Assembly (NCBI GenBank): GCA_030674415.1
Contig: JAUSGP010000022.1
Coordinates: 1-33,751, forward strand
Length of the DNA stretch: 33,751 nt
Source: a bacterium
GTDB lineage: Bacteria; Patescibacteriota; Minisyncoccia; Phycocordibacterales; Zambryskibacteraceae
Direction: 5' to 3'
Under the pieces are notes generated by a model. That model did no database searches, was not told the DNA's origin, and saw only the letters and a program-made list of their open reading frames with translations. Both the position numbers and the translations under genes were made by a program. Of this stretch, positions 14,634 through 21,851 are shown one piece after another. Position 1 is the stretch's first letter, and every line of letters begins with the position of its first letter.

Positions 14634-16088
14634 TTAGATAATATCCAATTCTTTAATCAACGCGGAAATGATATTTTCAGTACTTTCCGCCTTGGTAAGC
14701 AGGGACATCCTAGCGCTCATGGGTTGGATGTGGCCATGGAAAGATACTTGGTCGAAACTGGCAAGAAAACGAGTAGCATCATCTTCTGTAACAGAAATTT
14801 TATTTTCATCAATGTCCTTAAGAATTTTAGAGCACATCTCTACATTATCAATCTTAAAGGCACCAGGAGCATCTGTATACCAAGCATGGCCAAAAACGAG
14901 TGCCGGCTTACCTCGTAATACTGCCTCGAGGCCAGCCCGACCAGAAACTATTCCTATGGCAGATGAATTATCAGTAAGATAATTGCTATCAGTATAAGCA
15001 GGCACAAGCTGAACATTTTTTAGCTTGGCAATTTTTTGATAATAACCTTTATACCTAGCATCATTGTATTCTGGAAAATTACTCTCATGCCAACCCTTAG
15101 ACCACTGAAATATATTCTCTTTGACATAGACAACCCACCCAGGAGGCAAGGAAGCGGACAAGATTTCAATCATTAGTATCTGGTCGGTAAATATTCCTCC
15201 CATGGGACTAGTGGAGCCTTCTGGTTGCCTATGGAGCGGGACGTAAACAAACTTCTTGGTTCGGTCAATCTGCGAAACTAGTCTTTGATACTCACGCCTA
15301 GGATTTGTAGCAAAGAATTTACGCACAAACTGGAATAGTTTAAAGAAAATCGAAAAATCTTTTATACTCTGGGCGATCATCTCCAGCCTTATAAGCATCC
15401 TCTTGCGGAAAGGAAACAGTTGCTGCTGTTTGGTAACGTAAGGAGGAATAAGTGCCTGAGTTCTATTTCTATGCGGCTCGTAATACTCTTTTATATCCCG
15501 GCTCAAATCATCGATAGTAAAGTTCCCCTCTTTATTTGATTGCAGAATTTGTTTTAAAGCAAGACTTGGCTGCCTATAGTCATGGTAAACAAGAATTCGG
15601 TCAGAAAGCCAGGTTTCGAAAAAGAATACGATTTTGATACCAAAAAGCTCTGCTAGAGAATAGACCACGAAATTTGACACGTTATGCGGATAAGCCCACA
15701 GAATTAGAACTTCGGGTTTGTACTCATTGAAAATACCGTGCCAATACCGAAGCATCTCATAGTAAAAATGTTTTTTCTCATCCACTGTTTTAGCTCTGAC
15801 CTTCCTATTCATCATGGTCATAAGCACCGACTCGGCCTCATACAGCTTACCGATAATATCTTCTCCCACTGGAGGAAATTGAGAGTGGTCTATGCCCTTT
15901 GGAGGGACAATTTCCACCGCATCAGCTCTTCTGTGAAAGATAACATCTGGGATATCATTTTCTCCATCATCCTCTTCTCCAACACAATAAACTACATCCC
16001 ATGATTTATCTCTCAAGGCGGTAACAATTTCCTTTATCTCTTGCTTAGTGCCATTCCATATTAGAAAAGCTCTGCGGTTAGATTTCAT
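14634..16088 (-). CDS. Putative capsule-polysaccharide-biosynthesis (KpsS/KpsC-like, Capsule_synth family) glycosyltransferase
   Basis: 484 aa. FVYVPLHRQPEGSTSP and AIGIVSGRAGLEAVLRGKPALVFGHAWY resemble the conserved blocks of KpsS/KpsC-type beta-Kdo transferases. The assignment is by motif resemblance only. Confidence 0.4.
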   Translation of the reverse strand: MKSNRRAFLIWNGTKQEIKEIVTALRDKSWDVVYCVGEEDDGENDIPDVIFHRRADAVEIVPPKGIDHSQFPPVGEDIIGKLYEAESVLMTMMNRKVRAKTVDEKKHFYYEMLRYWHGIFNEYKPEVLILWAYPHNVSNFVVYSLAELFGIKIVFFFETWLSDRILVYHDYRQPSLALKQILQSNKEGNFTIDDLSRDIKEYYEPHRNRTQALIPPYVTKQQQLFPFRKRMLIRLEMIAQSIKDFSIFFKLFQFVRKFFATNPRREYQRLVSQIDRTKKFVYVPLHRQPEGSTSPMGGIFTDQILMIEILSASLPPGWVVYVKENIFQWSKGWHESNFPEYNDARYKGYYQKIAKLKNVQLVPAYTDSNYLTDNSSAIGIVSGRAGLEAVLRGKPALVFGHAWYTDAPGAFKIDNVEMCSKILKDIDENKISVTEDDATRFLASFDQVSFHGHIQPMSARMSLLTKAESTENIISALIKELDII

Positions 16089-16105
16089 AAGTACAAGTCA
16101 GATTA

Positions 16106-16810
16106 TCACTTTTTCAGAAGCACGACAAACCCCGCCGCAAAAAGCGTCGGCCAAATCTTATTAATAATTGGCACGCCCTTATAATAAAATATTTGATAAT
16201 CTTTATAACCCAAAGCTTTGAGCCACCACTTGAGATCACGCGCTGTCCAGAACCTTAGATGCTCGCCCGGATAGAGCCTCCACTGCACCGGAAACCTGCC
16301 AAATAAAAGCCTTAATCTATGGACAAAAAAACCTGTATTGGGAAAAGAAAAGAATAGACCATTATTCATTCTGTCATAAACAACCTTGAGCATTTCTTCA
16401 GAATGTTCTATGTGCTCTAATATCTCGAACAGAACGGCATAATCCGCACGAGGAATATCTTTTAGAAACGCCACATCGGTTATATCCGCTTGGATTGATT
16501 CGAAACCGAATTCTTTCACACTTTGGAGTGCCAAGTTTGAGGTGTCAATGCCTATAGCATGCGAAACGACTCCGCGCTCTTTAAGATAATTGAGAATGGA
16601 ACCATCGCCGCAGCCTAAATCTAGAAAAGAAGATTTGCCTTTTCCAACCAAAGCTTCTAGGACAAAGTTGGCCCTCGCTTTCTGCCAGTCGGAAAGCATC
16701 CCCAAATCTTTCCCTCGTTTATCTTTCCAATAACTGTCGTAGTCAGCGCTATTAAGGCTTAGAGGTGGGTAGAGAAACATCTGCTTCAGCCATTCTTTAA
16801 ACTGGTACAT
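16106..16810 (-). CDS. Class I SAM-dependent methyltransferase (MetW-like)
   Basis: 234 aa with SFLDLGCGDGSILNYL (motif I) and AVLFEILEHIEHSEEMLKVV. The start may be the internal ATG at 16780, since the 16810 start overlaps the upstream gene by 14 nt. Confidence 0.75.
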   Translation of the reverse strand: MYQFKEWLKQMFLYPPLSLNSADYDSYWKDKRGKDLGMLSDWQKARANFVLEALVGKGKSSFLDLGCGDGSILNYLKERGVVSHAIGIDTSNLALQSVKEFGFESIQADITDVAFLKDIPRADYAVLFEILEHIEHSEEMLKVVYDRMNNGLFFSFPNTGFFVHRLRLLFGRFPVQWRLYPGEHLRFWTARDLKWWLKALGYKDYQIFYYKGVPIINKIWPTLFAAGFVVLLKK

Positions 16811-18209
16811 GTTGTTTAATTATATCCCTTATACTACCGGCTAACTCCTTGTCATTATCGCCCAAAAGCTTCTTTCTCCTTGAAACAAGCGTTTCTTTGG
16901 AAGTTAAAGCGAGCTTGTTTATCGAATCAATATTTTTAACAAAGTCCGCCAGGCCATTCGTTACCATGCCTTCACCGTAATCGAGCGAGGTAATAAGAAT
17001 ACCAACAGGAATCATGTGCGCTACACAATCATATAATAGGCTTGAGTATGTCCCGAGCGCTAGGGAAGAGTTTTCTAGAGCCTCTTTAGTTGATTTCATG
17101 GCGATGATACGCTCTCCAGATTTCAGTCCATAAGCATCCATTTGCTTTTTTTCATCATGGTCTGGTCGAAGCTTAAGGATTACACGGGCATCGCTATTTT
17201 TGACAATCTCTTCTATATATCTCCTGACCTCCTCTTTAGGAGCGTCAGCTTCGTAAGGAATAAGAATAGAGATTTTAGGATCCTTAGCTTCCACAATCTC
17301 CACTTTTGGAAGATTTCCTCCTACAATTATCTCTTCCGGCTTAAAGTAAGTTCCCAAGCGCAAAAGCTCTCGCTTCCAATACTCGCTCCATACCAATAAC
17401 GCCCTTGGGCGCATTATCTCTCCCGGTATATCGTTAGCCCGTAGCCAGCCTGTATGGTATTTAGTAAAGTGCCCGTGCTGAATACCGTAAGACGGGATGC
17501 CAGACAATTGAGCGGCAGTCATCAATTCTGAATAATGGCGAACGTCATCTATGGCAAATATGAGCTTCACGCCAGAAATCCGAAACAAAGCTTGAAATAA
17601 AATAATTCTTGCTTTGGAAATGACTCTTAACGCAATAAACTTTTCAACTTCCGACTTGATGAAAGAGTTACAGTCCAGTTTGCTCGTTATATTTTTCGCG
17701 CGCCGAGAGTACAGCCAGATGATTGGAGAAAGGATAAAAGTGATAGATTCCAAATACATGACCGGTCTCTTACGCTTGATAAAGTTTTTTACAGTCTCTC
17801 TGGTAGATAAGGTGTGAAAAATTTCGACATATTTTGATTGTTTTTCCGCAAGCGCTTCGTAAAGAGGCTCTAGACGCTGGTCATTCTGATAAGCTCCGCC
17901 AAGCTTATCAACTGAATATATAAGGATAGTCCTCCGAGATAACACCAGAAACGCCGCTGACATGAAAGAAATAGTGGTGATGGCGATGCCGGCAATCACC
18001 CATTTCAAAAATAAGACGGTGGAACCTATCATCTGGTCTTGACCAAGGGTCCAGTTCTTTGCGTCAGTCCACAATATGCCCTGGTAACTCTGCCAGAGAT
18101 TCCAACCCCTCCATAAAAAAAGATTCCTTAAATCACCGTCTCTCTCGATAAGCTCATTTATCTCGTTTACTACAGCATATGCGCGGCTGTAATCTAGGTG
18201 ATTAGTCAT
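16797..18209 (-). CDS. Membrane-anchored putative GT-B transferase/polymerase (TagB/TagF CDP-glycerol glycerophosphotransferase-like)
   Basis: 470 aa with one or two N-terminal TM segments. GIQHGHFTKYHTGW and LALGTYSSLLYDCVAHMIPVGILITSLDY resemble the WHG and TDYSS..D....P blocks of the TagF family. This is a low-confidence family call. An ATGA overlap couples it to the upstream kpsF-like gene. Confidence 0.3.
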   Translation of the reverse strand: MTNHLDYSRAYAVVNEINELIERDGDLRNLFLWRGWNLWQSYQGILWTDAKNWTLGQDQMIGSTVLFLKWVIAGIAITTISFMSAAFLVLSRRTILIYSVDKLGGAYQNDQRLEPLYEALAEKQSKYVEIFHTLSTRETVKNFIKRKRPVMYLESITFILSPIIWLYSRRAKNITSKLDCNSFIKSEVEKFIALRVISKARIILFQALFRISGVKLIFAIDDVRHYSELMTAAQLSGIPSYGIQHGHFTKYHTGWLRANDIPGEIMRPRALLVWSEYWKRELLRLGTYFKPEEIIVGGNLPKVEIVEAKDPKISILIPYEADAPKEEVRRYIEEIVKNSDARVILKLRPDHDEKKQMDAYGLKSGERIIAMKSTKEALENSSLALGTYSSLLYDCVAHMIPVGILITSLDYGEGMVTNGLADFVKNIDSINKLALTSKETLVSRRKKLLGDNDKELAGSIRDIIKQHVPV

Positions 18210-19177
18210 ACAACATTCTTCCCAATAATATCGTGTATGTGTATCACGCCTTTAGGGCGATTGGTTTTATCAACTACGAAAAGTGCCGTAATATGATGAA
18301 CCTCCATCACGCGAAGCGCCTCTTTTAAGCTTCTCCCGGCCTGTATTGTCTTGGGATTTTTCGTCATTATCTCTTTTGCCGTATCAAGAGATGGCTTGCC
18401 ACCAGCCAATAACCAGCGACGGATATCTCCATCCGTAACTACCCCAAGAAGGCGGCCCTCTCTGTTCACTGCAGCTGTGATACCCAATTTTTTAAGAGAC
18501 ATATTTTTGAGCACTGCCTTGGTCGAGGAGGATTCCCTTACTATAGGCATGGACCGGCCTGTCTTCATTAGACTTTCAACTTTCGCAAGTTCGAGCCCCA
18601 AGGCGCCACCAGGATGAAATTTAGCAAAATGCTCTTTCGCAAAAACTTCTCTAGAGGTGAGTGAAGATGCAAGCATATCTCCAGCAACAAGCATCGCCGT
18701 GGTCGATGCCATGGGAGCGAGTCCTAAAGGAGAGCCTTCTTCTTTAACGGCAATACTTATCACGACATCGGCCAGCTTGCCTAGCCGCGAAAGTGACTTC
18801 CCAGTCACAGCAATAACAGAAACTTTAAATGCTTTTCTTAAATACTGACCAACTTTGATTATTTCTTCGGATTCGCCGGAGTATGAAAATGCCACTATTG
18901 TATCCCCATCCCGCACTATTCCCAAGTCTCCGTGGAGAGCATCCACCGGGTGGATAAAAACCGCACTCTGTCCAAGACTAGTTAAAGTGGCTGCGACTTT
19001 CATAGCGATAAATGAAGACTTTCCTACCCCCGTAGTAAGAAGTTTTCCTTTTGATTTGGCAATAAGCGAGGCGGCTTTTTCTATCGCTGGAAGCGCTTTA
19101 CTAAGCTCTTTTATGGCATAAAGTTCCGCCGTAAGAGTTTTAAGAACCTCTTTTTTGGAGCCACGAGAAGACGACAT
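18206..19177 (-). CDS. kpsF: KpsF/GutQ family sugar-phosphate (arabinose-5-phosphate) isomerase, SIS domain plus tandem CBS domains
   Basis: 323 aa. The SIS motif is GKLLTTGVGKSSFIAMKVAATLTSLGQSAVFIHPVDALHGDLGIV..AFSYSGESEEI. Two C-terminal CBS repeats are present. A Shine-Dalgarno sequence is present (AAGGTGGTGCC-ATG). Confidence 0.85.
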   Translation of the reverse strand: MSSSRGSKKEVLKTLTAELYAIKELSKALPAIEKAASLIAKSKGKLLTTGVGKSSFIAMKVAATLTSLGQSAVFIHPVDALHGDLGIVRDGDTIVAFSYSGESEEIIKVGQYLRKAFKVSVIAVTGKSLSRLGKLADVVISIAVKEEGSPLGLAPMASTTAMLVAGDMLASSLTSREVFAKEHFAKFHPGGALGLELAKVESLMKTGRSMPIVRESSSTKAVLKNMSLKKLGITAAVNREGRLLGVVTDGDIRRWLLAGGKPSLDTAKEIMTKNPKTIQAGRSLKEALRVMEVHHITALFVVDKTNRPKGVIHIHDIIGKNVV

Positions 19178-19192
19178 GGCACCACCTTATCA

Positions 19193-19205
19193 TATAATGT
19201 ATAAT
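19193..19205 (+). promoter_or_regulatory. Two overlapping TATAAT boxes upstream of the AsnB-family gene
   Basis: TATAATGTATAAT sits in the 38-bp divergent gap. The second hexamer (19200..19205) ends 10 nt before the ATG at 19216. No Shine-Dalgarno sequence is present. Confidence 0.3.
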
Positions 19206-19215
19206 CTTCACATAT

Positions 19216-21003
19216 ATGTGCGGCATCAATGGCTTTGCTGGAAAAGATGAAAGCCTCATAGCGGAGATGAATAGGCGTACTGCCCATCGGGGACCGGACT
19301 TTGCCGGTGTCTTTACGGACAAGTATGTCTCTCTTGGTCATAATCTGTTGTCTATCCGCGACGCATCGGATATCTCGCATCAACCGTATCGCAAGGATGC
19401 TTCTCCATGGATATTGCTTTTCAATGGACAGATTTACAATACGAGCGCCCTGCGATCAGAACTCGGAGAAGGAACAAAAGGGGTCGAACTCGATACAGAG
19501 CTCTTGTATCAGGCTATAGAAAAGTACGGCTGGGATTTCATCAACCATATCCACGGGATGTATGCCATCGCACTATACAATCAGGCCGAGCGAATAATCC
19601 GACTCTATCGCGATCCATCGGGGCAAAAACTGCTCTATTATTATTTTAAGGACGGCACTTTTATCTGGAGTTCTGAAATCAAGGGTATTTTAATCCACAA
19701 AGAAGTGGCACGGGAGGTGGACACGGGAGCTATTCTCACGGCGGTCAATATAGGCTACATTCCGGGAGAAAGAACTCTTTTCAGGTACATTCGCAAACTT
19801 AATTTATCTCAATTTGTCACCTTTGACATAAATTCGAAAACTCTTTCCAGCGATTATTTTCTTAGCGAAGCAGATCATTACTATCCGGATAATGTTTCTC
19901 TAGCGTTCACAAAACTGATAGAAGAGCACTTACAAAGTAAGCAGAAAATCGCGGTTAATCTCTCAGGAGGTATGGATTCGTCACTTCTGGTTCATGAGAT
20001 GTCTCGCCTTGGTCACGAAATTCACTCCTACACCAATTATTTCGAAGAAGCCGGCGATAAATACAATACTGACGCTCTACTTGCCAGAAGATTAAGTAAG
20101 GACTACGGTACCGATCATCATGAAATTGTCGTAACTAAAAAAGCTTTCCTCGAAAATTTTATTGATAGTTACAGCTACATTGAGGAACCTAACTACAACA
20201 TCACCTTGCCGGCATATTTACAAACTGCCAAAGTCGAGGGCGCTCTGGGAGATAGAAATAGAGTAGTCCTATCGGGAGATGGTGGTGATGAGATTTTCGG
20301 CGGTTATCCATACTATATGAGAAGTATTGAGATGAATCGTCAGCGCCAACTGTTAACCCCCTTCTTCTTCAATATTATAAAAAATTGGAGGAATAATAGC
20401 AGCTTCGATTTCGGCGACATGTTAGATCGATGGATTTTCTTCAAACGTTTCTACACTCGCTTTGCTCAGAAGAGCGATTCCTCCTTCCGGTCAATTCTTC
20501 GTGAATCGTCAGAAAAATTCATATCTCTTTATCAGCTCAAAGATGGTCCTGTTTATCCGCTTATGCTCCTGGATCGCCTTCTCTGGATGGGTGGAGAAAA
20601 CTTTATCAGGAGTGATAAGTTATACATGAGCCAGTCTCTCGAGCTGCGCTCGCCCCTTTCTTACCACCCCTTCAGGCTCTACATAGATAATAAGCTCGGA
20701 GAGCAAGACTATATAGGGAAGAGTTCCAACAAGGCTTTTTTGAGAAAACATTATAAAGGTAAGCTGCCTGATTATATTGTGGAGAGGCAAGACAAATCAG
20801 GATGGCGATCTCCCATTGCCAGTTGGTACAATAAGGACTTCAAGAATCTGTTTATGGATATTTTACCAACACAAAGTGGGCCACTTATTGACTGGACTTC
20901 CATCCGCGCTAAAGTTGAGGAGACTCACGAGTGGCCAGGAAAATATATTCATTTATACTTATCCCTAGCAATTCTAAAAAAAGAGTTTAACTTAGACATA
21001 TGA
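19216..21003 (+). CDS. asnB: Asparagine synthase (glutamine-hydrolysing) family amidotransferase
   Basis: 595 aa. MCGINGF gives the catalytic Cys2 of Ntn class II glutamine amidotransferases. NLSGGMDSS is the PP-loop ATP pyrophosphatase motif. In this cluster context it is probably a glycan amidotransferase rather than a housekeeping AsnB. Confidence 0.85.
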   Translation: MCGINGFAGKDESLIAEMNRRTAHRGPDFAGVFTDKYVSLGHNLLSIRDASDISHQPYRKDASPWILLFNGQIYNTSALRSELGEGTKGVELDTELLYQAIEKYGWDFINHIHGMYAIALYNQAERIIRLYRDPSGQKLLYYYFKDGTFIWSSEIKGILIHKEVAREVDTGAILTAVNIGYIPGERTLFRYIRKLNLSQFVTFDINSKTLSSDYFLSEADHYYPDNVSLAFTKLIEEHLQSKQKIAVNLSGGMDSSLLVHEMSRLGHEIHSYTNYFEEAGDKYNTDALLARRLSKDYGTDHHEIVVTKKAFLENFIDSYSYIEEPNYNITLPAYLQTAKVEGALGDRNRVVLSGDGGDEIFGGYPYYMRSIEMNRQRQLLTPFFFNIIKNWRNNSSFDFGDMLDRWIFFKRFYTRFAQKSDSSFRSILRESSEKFISLYQLKDGPVYPLMLLDRLLWMGGENFIRSDKLYMSQSLELRSPLSYHPFRLYIDNKLGEQDYIGKSSNKAFLRKHYKGKLPDYIVERQDKSGWRSPIASWYNKDFKNLFMDILPTQSGPLIDWTSIRAKVEETHEWPGKYIHLYLSLAILKKEFNLDI

Positions 21004-21851
21004 ATACACTCTTCATCCAAGCGGACGAGCAACAACTCCTTGGCGCCAAAGTGGCAAAATTCGCTGTAGAAAAACACCTCAATAATAAAAGTTCTGTAGA
21101 TATAAAGATTCTTAATGTGAGCACAATGCCGATATTCCTAAATCTTGTCGGAAAGACTTATTTGAGAAACGGCAGGATTCTCACTTATACTCTCGATGAC
21201 CTCCAGGCCTTTACCTTGTCGCGCATAATGCCTCCTGAATTAATGGGTTTCCGGGGACGCGCAGTGGTCATTGATCCAGACGTCTTTTTCCTGGCGGATG
21301 TTAATGAGCTATTCAATATGGATATGCAAGGCAAAGCCATCGCTTGCACGCGTTATCACGAGAAAGACATGTGGGAATCAAGTCTGATGCTTCTTGATTG
21401 TGCCAAGCTCACCCACTGGAAAGCCAAGGAGATACTCAAGAAGTTTGTAGAGAAAGAGCTTGATTACCTTGACATCGTCCGCCTCCGCAAGGAAACTTCG
21501 ATTCTGGAGATTCCGCGAGTGTGGAATAGCTTTGATAAAATTACTCCAGAAACCAAAGTACTGCACACTACCAAGCGCCTCACTCAGCCTTGGAAGACAG
21601 GCCTGCCGATCGACTTTACTCCAAGCCCGATGCCGAAATTCTTCGGCATCATTCCCAGAGAGCTTGTCCATAAGCTTCTCGGCAAATATCCCACCCATTA
21701 TCTTCCTCATCCCAATAAGGAAGTCGAGGAATTTTTTATCGCACTGGTGCGCGAGACATACAAAGCTGGACAAATCACAGAAGAAGAGATCCGCACTGCT
21801 GTAGAGAAGAGGCATGTCAGAGCAGATCTCTTTGAGATTATTGTCTCCTGA
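21000..21851 (+). CDS. Putative GT8-like nucleotide-diphospho-sugar transferase
   Basis: 283 aa. FTLSRIMPPELMGFRGRAVVIDPDVFFLADVNELFNMDMQGKAI resembles the GT8 block (..R..iPel...dkvlYLDaDviv..dl.eLw..dl.g) and includes a DxD-type motif (DPD). It is ATGA-coupled to the preceding gene. Confidence 0.4.
   Translation: MNTLFIQADEQQLLGAKVAKFAVEKHLNNKSSVDIKILNVSTMPIFLNLVGKTYLRNGRILTYTLDDLQAFTLSRIMPPELMGFRGRAVVIDPDVFFLADVNELFNMDMQGKAIACTRYHEKDMWESSLMLLDCAKLTHWKAKEILKKFVEKELDYLDIVRLRKETSILEIPRVWNSFDKITPETKVLHTTKRLTQPWKTGLPIDFTPSPMPKFFGIIPRELVHKLLGKYPTHYLPHPNKEVEEFFIALVRETYKAGQITEEEIRTAVEKRHVRADLFEIIVS

Noticed and set aside
21378-21815. 145-aa minus-strand ORF antisense to the GT8-like gene
   Set aside because: It has no motifs and no Shine-Dalgarno sequence. 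The plus-strand frame is ATGA-coupled to the upstream gene and carries a GT8-like DxD block. Confidence in the plus-strand call is only moderate, so this remains a minor alternative.
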